In this document: positions 15,448 through 23,792 of the stretch, piece after piece
How the letters are laid out: each line of letters begins with the position of its first letter
How positions within the stretch are numbered: the stretch's first letter is position 1
DNA from: Arthrobacter subterraneus
Lineage (GTDB): Bacteria > Actinomycetota > Actinomycetes > Actinomycetales > Micrococcaceae
Reading direction: 5' to 3'
Length of the DNA: 24,000 bases
Assembly: GCF_900099735.1 (NCBI RefSeq)
Contig: NZ_FNDT01000001.1
Location: 341,722 to 365,721, forward strand
The notes under the pieces: generated by a model
Told to the model about the DNA's origin: nothing
Seen by the model: the letters and a program-made list of their open reading frames with translations, nothing else
Database searches by the model: none
Position numbers and translations under genes: made by a program

Positions 15448-17106
15448 TCAGCGCTTCTTCCGGCGCGCGGTCCAGGCCAGGTAGGAACCCAGCGTAGCGC
15501 CCGCGCCGAGTCCTGCCCCCATGAGCGCCCGCGCCCACCGGCGAAACTCTTCCTTGTCGGCAACGACCAGTTCGCCCACACCTCTGATGAATGCGGCGGC
15601 GATCAGCCCTGCCACCAGGCGGTTGCCGATGCGCTCGGCCCGCTCCATGAGAGGCTCGAGTTCCGCCGCACGCAGATGCAGTTCGAAGCCGTCGGTATCC
15701 ATGAGGTCCAGGATCCGGCGAAGCTTTCCGGGCAGCTCGACGCCCAGTTCAGCGGCATCCAGCCCGGCCTGTCCAAACCGCCTGGCATAGGCGGAGGGCG
15801 AAAAGCTGTGCAGTGCCAGCCGCTGCGCGTAGGGGCTGAGCGTCTCGGTGAGGTTGAATGCCGGATCCAGCCGGACCCCTATGCCTTCTGCCATGAGAAC
15901 CATCTTCAGGATCAGCGCGATTTCACGGGGCAGCTGCAGGTGGTGCTCGCGCAACAGCGCGAGCAGCCGGCCGATCAGCGGCGCGATGTCAATCTCGGCC
16001 AGCTGGCGGTCCTGATAAAGGGCCAGGACCGCGGTAAGGTCTGCGCGCAGCCGTGCACGGTCCACGGGCCGTTTCGCAACGGACAGGTCCAGCAAGGCCG
16101 AGCCGGCCCGCTCCGGGTCGGCTCGGGCCAATGCGACCAGCAGGACAGCGAGTTGCCCCCGCAGCTTCTCGTCCACCTCACCGACCATGCCAAAGTCGAT
16201 CAGCCCGATGCGGCCGCCCGTTTCGATGAAAAGATTTCCCGGATGCGGGTCGGCGTGGAAAAAGCCGTCCTCGAAGATCATCTGCGCGATGACGCCGACC
16301 GCGCGGTTGGCCAGCGCGCGGCGGTCGATCCCGGCCCGGTCCAGGCCTTCGAGGTCATCGACCTTGACCCCGCTGATCCGCTCCAAGGTCAGCACCCGGG
16401 AGGTGGTGGTACCCCAAAAAACCCGCGGGATGTGTACGCCCGGATTCCCGGCGAAATTCCCGGCGAACCGTTCCGCGTTACGCCCTTCCTGCAGATAGTC
16501 GAGTTCGGCGCGCAGGGTCCGGGCAAATTCCCCGGCCAAACCGGCCAGGTTGTAGTCGGCGGCTGCCTCCCACCGGCGGTCCGCCTGGGCGGCCAGATTC
16601 TGCAGGATCTCCAGATCCTCCTGGACGCGTGCAACCACGCCGGGCCGGCGGACCTTGACGACGACGCGGGTCCCGTCGGCGAGCAGGGCAGCGTGTGCCT
16701 GTCCGATCGAGGCACTGGCCAGCGGCTCGCTCTCGAACTCGGCGAAGAGCTCCTCCGGGCCGGCGCCGAGTTCCTGCTGTATCAGCCGCCGCACCGTCTC
16801 GCCGGGCACGGGCGGTGCCCCGTCCTGGAGCTTGGCCAGCTCCTGCAGATACTCCGGCGGCAGCAGATCCGAACGCGTGGAGAGCAGCTGGCCGAGCTTG
16901 ATGAACGTCGGGCCGAGCTGTTCAAGGGCCAGCCGAAGGTGTTCCGGATTCGTGTAGGACAGCTCGCGGGACTCATGGCCCAGCACCCCGTGGTGGAACG
17001 GGACCCACCGCTCAAGCCCCGTGATCCCGGCGAGGAAGCCCAGTCCATGCCGGGCCAGGACCTCGGCAATCTCCCGGTACCGGCCGGCGTGACTGCTGAC
17101 GACCAC
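15448..17106 (-). CDS. ABC1/UbiB/AarF-family atypical protein kinase
   Basis: 552-aa ORF with GTG start at 17106 and AAGGAG 5 nt upstream on the minus strand. Family blocks: LEQLGPTFIKLGQLLSTRSDLLPPEY, ASIGQAHAALL, FFHADPHPGNLF and LIDFGMVG. The C-terminus has two hydrophobic helices and a basic tail. Confidence 0.92.
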   Translation of the reverse strand: MVVSSHAGRYREIAEVLARHGLGFLAGITGLERWVPFHHGVLGHESRELSYTNPEHLRLALEQLGPTFIKLGQLLSTRSDLLPPEYLQELAKLQDGAPPVPGETVRRLIQQELGAGPEELFAEFESEPLASASIGQAHAALLADGTRVVVKVRRPGVVARVQEDLEILQNLAAQADRRWEAAADYNLAGLAGEFARTLRAELDYLQEGRNAERFAGNFAGNPGVHIPRVFWGTTTSRVLTLERISGVKVDDLEGLDRAGIDRRALANRAVGVIAQMIFEDGFFHADPHPGNLFIETGGRIGLIDFGMVGEVDEKLRGQLAVLLVALARADPERAGSALLDLSVAKRPVDRARLRADLTAVLALYQDRQLAEIDIAPLIGRLLALLREHHLQLPREIALILKMVLMAEGIGVRLDPAFNLTETLSPYAQRLALHSFSPSAYARRFGQAGLDAAELGVELPGKLRRILDLMDTDGFELHLRAAELEPLMERAERIGNRLVAGLIAAAFIRGVGELVVADKEEFRRWARALMGAGLGAGATLGSYLAWTARRKKR

Positions 17107-17269
17107 AGGCGCTCCTTGCTGGACGGGCGGGACCGGCGGGGCGGATCGCCGCGAGACGGCCGGAATAACGTCGGTCCCTGAGTAGTTTAACCTGTCCGGA
17201 GACCACTGCTACGCCTTGTAGAATAATACCGGTAAACAACCAGCCCCACAGGACGGAAAGAACGGGTCC

Positions 17270-17764
17270 ATGATCAGCACGATAACGGGGCGGACCGCCA
17301 GATCCTCGTCCGCCATGTTGCTGACGGTTCTGGGGCTGGCCGCAGTGATCATGGGGATCCTGGGAATGCACGTCATGCCTGCCGGGCATGGATCTGCCGT
17401 TCCGGGCGCCACGACGGCTCACGTCACCGCTGCAACGCAGCCGCTAAGCGGGACGGACACACTTCCCTCCGCCGCAGCGCAGAGTGCCGCGGCAATTGCC
17501 GTCCCGCACGTTGAGGACGCGGCAGTTGGCGCCACTGAAACGGCTTTCCCGGCGATATCCTTCGACGAAGGCGGCCACGAGCCAGCCATGGCCGCGATCT
17601 GCCTTCTTGCCCTGGCCTTGTTGGGCATGGCCGTCCTCTTGGTGCTGTCCACGCTCGGGCGGCTGGCTGTCACGCACCCGGCCGCCGTCCTGCCGGGGCC
17701 TCATGGCAATTTACCCTTTAAACGGCCGCCTTCTTTGGTCCAGCTGTCCATCAGCCGTACATAA
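17270..17764 (+). CDS. Hypothetical two-helix membrane protein (possibly DUF6153-like), copper-module associated
   Basis: 164-aa ORF with ATG 17270 preceded by GGAAAG. The AT-richest patch of the window (gtagaataataccggtaaacaac, 17218-17240, containing TAGAAT) lies 30-50 nt upstream. The N-terminal helix ends in GILGMHVMPAGHG. A second helix, AMAAICLLALALLGMAVLLVL, contains a Cys. The tail is KRPPSLVQLSISRT. The family assignment is from memory of similar small proteins next to actinobacterial copper genes and is not verified. Confidence 0.55.
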   Translation: MISTITGRTARSSSAMLLTVLGLAAVIMGILGMHVMPAGHGSAVPGATTAHVTAATQPLSGTDTLPSAAAQSAAAIAVPHVEDAAVGATETAFPAISFDEGGHEPAMAAICLLALALLGMAVLLVLSTLGRLAVTHPAAVLPGPHGNLPFKRPPSLVQLSISRT

Positions 17765-17785
17765 CCCCGGCCCCCGTGGCCGGGG
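17765..17785 (+). terminator. GC hairpin immediately after stop codon (CCCCGGCC-cccgt-GGCCGGGG)
   Basis: An 8-bp perfect G/C stem with a 5-nt loop begins 1 nt after the TAA at 17762-17764. There is no U-tract (actinobacterial I-shaped type). It may attenuate read-through into the multicopper oxidase gene. Confidence 0.4.
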
Positions 17786-17943
17786 CTGGTATACGTCACA
17801 GGCCGCTGCCTTGCTCCGGTGCCCTCTTAATATTTAGCCCGTGTCCGTTGACGTGCGTCCGGCACGTGCTTCGACGCCACCGCCTCCCGGCGCGTCGAGC
17901 CAACAGCTCTTGAACCTTGGTCCCTCGTGGAAAGAAAGCCCTC

Positions 17944-19485
17944 ATGAACCGTCTCCTTACCCGCCGCTCGGTCCTCTCAGCCTCCGTAGCCACCGCTACC
18001 GCGGCCGCCCTTGCCGCCTGTTCCAATCCTTCGGCCCCGGCCGGCGCAGCCACCCGGATCCTGCCGACCGATCCGCTGATCGCAGACTTCGAAGCCCGCC
18101 GCGCCGCCGGCGGGGCGATAGTCACCCAACAACTCACCGCCGCACCGTTCAACACGCAAATCACCGGGAAGTCCCTGACCACCTTGGGCTACAACGGGTC
18201 CCTGAACGGCCCGCTGATCCGGGCTAAAACAGGAGACCTGCTCGACATACCGGTGGCGAACAAACTCACCGAAGGCAGCAGCGTGCACTGGCACGGCCTG
18301 GCCCTGCGCAACGACGCCGACGGCGTCCAGGGCCTCACCCAGGAGCCGATCGCCGCCGGAGCGGACTACAGCTACCGGTTCCGGCTGGCCCACCCGGGCA
18401 CCTACTGGTACCACTCCCACTTCGATATGCAGCGCGAGCGTGCCCTTTACGGGGCCCTGGTCATCGAGGATCCGAAAGAGGCCCTGTCCTACGACCAGGA
18501 GTGGGTCATCATCCTCGATGACTGGCTCGATGGCATCACCGGCACCCCAGAGGAAGCCCTGGAAGAGCTGTCCATGGGCATGGACATGTCCGGCGGCAAC
18601 ATGGAAGGCATGGACCACGGCGACATGGGCGGGATGGACATGGGCATGAAGCATATGCTCATGGGCGCCACCAGCGACTATCTGGGCGGCGACGCCGGGG
18701 ACGTGAAGATCCCGGTCCACCTGTTCAACGGAAAACCACCCCAGGATCCCGAGATCCTGGACAGCAGGCCCGGAAACAGGGTCCGGCTGCGGATCATCAA
18801 TGCCGCCGGCGACACGGCCTACCGGGTCGGCGTGCCCGGGCAGAAGATTACCCTGACCCACACGGACGGCTTCCCCGTCCAGCAGCAGGACGTTGACGCC
18901 GTCGTGCTCGGCATGGGCGAACGCATCGATGCCCTGCTCACGGTGCGCGACGGCTACACGCCCGTCCTGGCGCTGCCGGAAGGCAAGGACGGCAATGCCT
19001 ACGGGCTGATCAGCACGGGCATCGGCACGGCACCGTCAAGCAACCGTCTGCCGAAGGCGCTGGACGGAACCGTCACGGACGGCAGCCGCCTGAAAGCGGA
19101 CGAGTCCGTCCTGTTCGCCCCCAAGCCGCCTGACCGGGTCCACGAGATGCGGCTGACCGGATCCATGGAGAAATACGACTGGGGCATCAACGGGCGACGC
19201 TTTGACATGGCCAATCCGCTCGACGGGGCCTTCGACCTCCGCCTGGACGAGCGCGTACAGGTCAAGATCGTCAACGACACCGACATGTGGCACCCCATGC
19301 ACCTGCACGGCCACACCTTCCAACTCGCCGGCAACGGTGCCCGCAAGGACACCGTCATCGTCAAACCCAAACAGACGGTGGTCTTCGAATTCGACGCCGA
19401 CAACCCCGGCCAATGGCTCACCCACTGCCACAACTCCTACCACGCCGAAGCCGGCATGATGGGCGTCTTCTCCTACCTCAAGTAA
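17944..19485 (+). CDS. Multicopper oxidase, predicted Tat-exported lipoprotein, with Met/His/Asp-rich insert
   Basis: I prefer ATG 17944 (513 aa) because the product then begins MNRLLTRRSVLSASVATATAAALAAC, a twin-Arg signal plus an LAAC lipobox. The four copper-ligand blocks are present: VHWHGL, YWYHSH, HPMHLHGH and HCHNSYHAEAGMM. The insert MGMDMSGGNMEGMDHGDMGGMDMGMKHMLMG spans nt 18574-18666. Confidence 0.93.
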   Translation: MNRLLTRRSVLSASVATATAAALAACSNPSAPAGAATRILPTDPLIADFEARRAAGGAIVTQQLTAAPFNTQITGKSLTTLGYNGSLNGPLIRAKTGDLLDIPVANKLTEGSSVHWHGLALRNDADGVQGLTQEPIAAGADYSYRFRLAHPGTYWYHSHFDMQRERALYGALVIEDPKEALSYDQEWVIILDDWLDGITGTPEEALEELSMGMDMSGGNMEGMDHGDMGGMDMGMKHMLMGATSDYLGGDAGDVKIPVHLFNGKPPQDPEILDSRPGNRVRLRIINAAGDTAYRVGVPGQKITLTHTDGFPVQQQDVDAVVLGMGERIDALLTVRDGYTPVLALPEGKDGNAYGLISTGIGTAPSSNRLPKALDGTVTDGSRLKADESVLFAPKPPDRVHEMRLTGSMEKYDWGINGRRFDMANPLDGAFDLRLDERVQVKIVNDTDMWHPMHLHGHTFQLAGNGARKDTVIVKPKQTVVFEFDADNPGQWLTHCHNSYHAEAGMMGVFSYLK

Positions 19486-19674
19486 CCGCCCGGGGCCGCC
19501 GGCGATGCGCCTGCCCGCCGGGGGCCCGCCCCTACCCCAGGATCATGTTATGCACCCTTCCCTCGCCGCGGAACTCTTCCTCCCGTCGCCCGCCGCCAGC
19601 GCCCTCAGTATCGGACGGCTGACAACGGCGGATGGGCATGAACCCCCTGCCGGATGCTCAAGAGGATGGTAGAA

Positions 19675-21816
19675 GTGCGTCTCTGGCCGGGAACGGCGTA
19701 TCCGCTGGGGGCCACGTTTGACGGACGCGGCACCAATTTCTCCCTGTTCACCCGGTTCGGTACCGCTGTAACGCTGTGCCTGGTGGACGGGTCCGGTTCC
19801 GAAACCCGGGTGCCGCTGACCGAAGCCGATGGATACATCTGGCACGGTTACCTGCCGGGGATAGGACCGGGACAGCGTTACGGATACCGCGTGGACGGCC
19901 CCTATGAGCCATCCGCCGGCCACCGCTTCAACCCCAGCAAGTTCCTGCTCGATCCCTACGCCAAGGCCATCGAAGGTGGCCTGCACTGGGATCCCGCGCT
20001 TTTTTCATACGGCCAGGCAGATCCCCAACGGCGCGAACACTCCGACTCCCTCCCGCACATGATGCTCGGCATGGTCATTGACCCCGTATTCGACTGGCAG
20101 GGTGACACGGCCCCGAATACCCCCTACCACGAGACGGTGATCTACGAGGCCCATGTGAAGGGCCTGACCCGGCTTCACCCCGAGGTACCTGAACGGCTGC
20201 GCGGCACCTACGCGGCCGTGGCCCATCCGGCAATCGTGGCGCATCTGCGAAAGCTCGGTGTCACGGCCATCGAATTGATGCCGGTCCAGCAATTCATCCA
20301 TGACCGGTTCCTGATCGACCGGGGGCTGTCGAATTACTGGGGATACAACACCATCGGGTTCCTCGCCCCGCATAACGGCTATGCCTCCGCACCGGACGCG
20401 CTCAGCGCGGTCACGGAATTCAAGACGATGGTCCGCACCCTCCACCAGGCCGGGATCGAGGTCATCCTCGACGTCGTCTACAACCACACCGGCGAAGGCA
20501 ACCATCTCGGTCCCACCCTCTCCTTCCGGGGCATCGATAACGCCTCCTACTACCGGCTCGACGAGACCCGCCGGGAGTTCTATACGGACTACACGGGGAC
20601 CGGAAACTCGCTCAATGTCCGCACCCCGCATACCCTGCAGCTCATCATGGATTCCCTGCGGTACTGGGTGACCGAGATGCACGTGGACGGCTTCCGCTTC
20701 GATCTGGCAGCTGCCCTGGCCCGGGAGTTCTACGACGTCGACCGGCTCTCCAGCTTTTTCGACCTCGTCCAGCAGGACCCGGTCGTCTCCCAGGTCAAGC
20801 TGATTGCCGAACCCTGGGACCTGGGACCCGGCGGCTACCAGGTGGGAAACTTCCCACCGAACTGGAGTGAATGGAACGGAAAATACCGGGACACCATCCG
20901 GGATTTCTGGCGCGGCGAACCGTCAACTCTCGGCGAATTCGCCTCCCGCCTGACCGGCTCCTCGGACCTCTACGAACACTCCGGGCGGCGCCCCCGGGCC
21001 TCCGTCAACTTCGTCACCGCCCATGACGGCTTCACGTTGGCCGACCTTGTGTCCTACAACGACAAACACAACGAGGCCAACGGGGAAGACAACAGGGACG
21101 GCGAAACCCATAACCGGTCCTGGAACGGCGGCATCGAAGGACCCACCAACGACCCGGCCGTCCTGCGGCTGCGCTCCAGGCGCCAACGCAGCCTCATGGC
21201 TACGCTGCTGCTCTCACAAGGGGTCCCGATGATCCTGCACGGCGATGAAGTAGGACGGACCCAGCACGGCAACAACAACGCCTACGCCCAGGACTGCGCA
21301 CTGGCCTGGATCAACTGGGACAGCGCGGACGAGGTCCTGCTGGAATTCACCATCGCCGTCAGCCGGCTGCGCGCGGCACATCCCACCTTCCACCGGCGCC
21401 GGTTCTTCAGCGGAGAACCCGTCATCCAACCGGACGGCGGGCAATTGCCCGACGTCGTATGGCTAAGACCGGACGGCAGCCCGATGGCACCCGCGGACTG
21501 GACCCGGGGTACCGACCTTTCGCTGGGAATGTATCTGAACGGCAGCGGCATCCGCTGCTCCGACCTCACCGGCAGCACGATGACCGACGCCGACTTCCTG
21601 CTCTACTTCAACGCCGGTGCCGAGGCGAGGAAGTTCACCCTGCCACCGGCCCAGTACGCGCCTGGCTGGGAACTCGTCCTGGACAGCTCCCGGGAGGCAG
21701 CCCGATCAGGCCTGACCGCGGGGCAGATACTGGAGATCCCACCGCACACTCTCCTCGTTCTTCGGGAACCGGGCAGGACGGTCCATGCCAAAGACCGCTT
21801 CAACACCCCATCGTGA
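19675..21816 (+). CDS. glgX: Glycogen debranching enzyme GlgX (GH13)
   Basis: The ORF opens at 19654. GTG 19675 (AGAGGA about 10 nt upstream) gives an N-terminus (M)RLWPGTAYPLGATFDGRGTNFSLFT, like actinobacterial GlgX. ATG 19654 and 19666 are alternatives. GH13 regions are present: DVVYNHT, GFRFDLA, IAEPWD and FVTAHD. Confidence 0.93.
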   Translation: MRLWPGTAYPLGATFDGRGTNFSLFTRFGTAVTLCLVDGSGSETRVPLTEADGYIWHGYLPGIGPGQRYGYRVDGPYEPSAGHRFNPSKFLLDPYAKAIEGGLHWDPALFSYGQADPQRREHSDSLPHMMLGMVIDPVFDWQGDTAPNTPYHETVIYEAHVKGLTRLHPEVPERLRGTYAAVAHPAIVAHLRKLGVTAIELMPVQQFIHDRFLIDRGLSNYWGYNTIGFLAPHNGYASAPDALSAVTEFKTMVRTLHQAGIEVILDVVYNHTGEGNHLGPTLSFRGIDNASYYRLDETRREFYTDYTGTGNSLNVRTPHTLQLIMDSLRYWVTEMHVDGFRFDLAAALAREFYDVDRLSSFFDLVQQDPVVSQVKLIAEPWDLGPGGYQVGNFPPNWSEWNGKYRDTIRDFWRGEPSTLGEFASRLTGSSDLYEHSGRRPRASVNFVTAHDGFTLADLVSYNDKHNEANGEDNRDGETHNRSWNGGIEGPTNDPAVLRLRSRRQRSLMATLLLSQGVPMILHGDEVGRTQHGNNNAYAQDCALAWINWDSADEVLLEFTIAVSRLRAAHPTFHRRRFFSGEPVIQPDGGQLPDVVWLRPDGSPMAPADWTRGTDLSLGMYLNGSGIRCSDLTGSTMTDADFLLYFNAGAEARKFTLPPAQYAPGWELVLDSSREAARSGLTAGQILEIPPHTLLVLREPGRTVHAKDRFNTPS

Positions 21817-21948
21817 CCAGGGCCCGGCCCGGGCAGGACCTGGACCGGAGGGGAAACACTGATCCGGAAGCAACTCTCTGGCCGGGCACGGCGCGTCTCC
21901 AGAAACGAGCGCAGGCAGGCGGTCCGTCCTGCCCGCCTCCGGCCAAGT

Positions 21949-23100
21949 TTAACGTGCCCGGACGACGGCGGCGGTCGCCTCGGCGATCGCCGCCTGTTCG
22001 TCTGTGGGCACCACCAGCACCGGGATGGCCGAGTCCGGGGCGGAAACCGACCGGGCCTCCTCCGTTCCGCCAGCGGCTTCATTGGCGTCCGGGTCGGCTC
22101 TGATGCCCAGTGGCTCGAGCTTGCCCAGCACCTTGGCGCGGAACGGCGCCGAGTTCTCCCCTATGCCGCCGGTCAGCACCACCGCCTTCGCCCCGCCGCA
22201 GGCCACGTGGTAGCCGCCGATGTACCTGGCCAGCCGGTGAGCTGCCATTTCCAGCGCCAGCTCCGCTTCCTCGTCCCCGGCGGCTGCGGCGTCGGTGATG
22301 GCGCGCATGTCGTTGTGTCCGGCGACTGCCTTGAGCCCGGAATCCCGGTTGAGCAGGTTGTCCAGTTCGTCGGCGGAATAGCCCTGTCGGAGCAGGAAGA
22401 CCAGTACGCCCGGATCCACGTCGCCGGACCGGGTGCCCATCATCAGGCCCTCCAGCGGTGTGAAGCCCATGGAGGTGTCCACGCTTCGACCGCCGCGCAC
22501 TGCAGTGGCCGAGGCGCCGTTACCCAGGTGGGCGATGACTCCGTCGAAGTTCGCCCACGGCACGCCCAGCAGCCCGGCGGCACGCCGGCCCACATACTCG
22601 ACGCTGATGCCGTGGAAACCGTACCGGCGGATGCCATGCCGCCGGTAGAGCCCGTCCGGCAGGGCGTAGCGCCAGGTGTGTTCGGGCAGCGTGCGGTGGA
22701 AGGAAGTGTCGAAGACGGCAACCTGCGGCACATTCGGCCAGGCCCGGGTGGCCGCGCGGATGCAGAGCACGGCCGGCGGGTTATGCAGCGGGGCCAGCGG
22801 GTTGAGCAGCTCGAGGGCGCGGGTAATCTCGATGTCGATCAGGACGGGACCGGTGAAGCGGCCGCCCCCGTGGACCACCCGGTGCCCGACGGCGCCGAGT
22901 TGCCGGTTGCCCAGCGAACCGGCGAGCTCTTCGGCGACCAGTTCGAGGGCCACGGTGTGATCGGCGACCTCGTCCTCGCCGATCCGCTCTATGGCGCCCC
23001 GGGCGATCTCCTGTCCGCCCGTTCCCGGGTTGCCGGAGTCGAGTCGGCGCACCGAGTACTTCAGCGATGAGGAGCCGGAGTTGAGTACGAGGACGAGCAT
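21949..23100 (-). CDS. ackA: Acetate kinase
   Basis: The track ORF extends to 23304. The conserved N-terminus MLVLVLNSGSSSLKYS begins at the ATG at 23100 (383 aa), with AGGAGG 6-7 nt upstream on the minus strand. Motifs: HRVVHGG, FDTSFH, RYGFHGIS, HLGNGAS and GGIGENS. Confidence 0.94.
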   Translation of the reverse strand: MLVLVLNSGSSSLKYSVRRLDSGNPGTGGQEIARGAIERIGEDEVADHTVALELVAEELAGSLGNRQLGAVGHRVVHGGGRFTGPVLIDIEITRALELLNPLAPLHNPPAVLCIRAATRAWPNVPQVAVFDTSFHRTLPEHTWRYALPDGLYRRHGIRRYGFHGISVEYVGRRAAGLLGVPWANFDGVIAHLGNGASATAVRGGRSVDTSMGFTPLEGLMMGTRSGDVDPGVLVFLLRQGYSADELDNLLNRDSGLKAVAGHNDMRAITDAAAAGDEEAELALEMAAHRLARYIGGYHVACGGAKAVVLTGGIGENSAPFRAKVLGKLEPLGIRADPDANEAAGGTEEARSVSAPDSAIPVLVVPTDEQAAIAEATAAVVRAR

Positions 23101-23127
23101 CGGTCTGCCTCCTGGGATCGGGTGGGT

Positions 23128-23166
23128 CCGGTCAGGCTCCGCATTCGCCTGCTGAAGCCTGACCGG
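23128..23166. promoter_or_regulatory. Perfect 11-bp inverted repeat (CCGGTCAGGCT-N17-AGCCTGACCGG) in the ackA leader / ackA-usp divergent region
   Basis: Arms at 23128-23138 and 23156-23166, lying 28-66 nt upstream of the ackA start codon (minus strand). It could fold in the ackA 5' UTR or be a dimeric-regulator site. Confidence 0.35.
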
Positions 23167-23345
23167 CATCCATTCTGCCAAAGCCAGAAGCCCGCGACAG
23201 GCACGCTTCCGGTCCTGCAGCCCCCCGCGATCGCGCCCTGATGCTTGGTTGTAGTCCTCTCGTTTGGTTGAACAACCATGGCAGGCCCGTCCCATATCTG
23301 CCACACTGGGTCAGGCATGTGCAGGCGCTGAAGGAGGACAGGTCC

Positions 23346-23792
23346 GTGGACAACGGGGAGAGTTTTCAGGTCGTGGTCGGTTTGGACGGATCGGACGGCT
23401 CACGGGCCGCCCTCGGCTGGGCGGTGTCCGAGGCGCGTCTGCGCAGGGGAAAGGTCCGGGCGGTGACCGCGTGGCAGCCTCCTGCGGTAACGGCGGGGAT
23501 GGAGGGCCTGATTTGGGATCCGGCGTCGTTTGAGGCCGCGGCAAAGAACGAACAAACACGGGTTTTGAAACGCGTACCGGCCGAGGACGTCCCCATCAGC
23601 AGGCTGCTGGTCCAGGGATCACCGGCGGCCGTCCTCCTCGACGCTTCTAAGGACGCGGACCTGCTCGTCGTCGGTTCACGAGGACTCGGCGGGTTTAGCG
23701 GCCTGCTGCTCGGCTCCGTGTCCACGCACCTCATCCATCACGCAGTCTGCCCCGTATTGGTCGTCAGGCCCCGGCAAGGATCCGCAGCGTAA
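23346..23792 (+). CDS. Universal stress protein (UspA family)
   Basis: GTG 23346 (148 aa) follows GAAGGAGGA. The product shows VVVGLDGSDGSRAALGWAV and the ATP-binding-type C-terminal block LLVVGSRGLGGFSGLLLGSVSTHLIHHAVCPVLVV. Confidence 0.9.
   Translation: MDNGESFQVVVGLDGSDGSRAALGWAVSEARLRRGKVRAVTAWQPPAVTAGMEGLIWDPASFEAAAKNEQTRVLKRVPAEDVPISRLLVQGSPAAVLLDASKDADLLVVGSRGLGGFSGLLLGSVSTHLIHHAVCPVLVVRPRQGSAA

Noticed and set aside
23245-23262. A possible DosR/DevR-type box upstream of the usp gene. I looked for it because of the hypoxia-like gene content.
   Set aside because: Only a TAGTCC half-match (23252-23257) to the remembered GGGACT-N-AGTCCC consensus is present, and the left half does not match. 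The evidence is insufficient.
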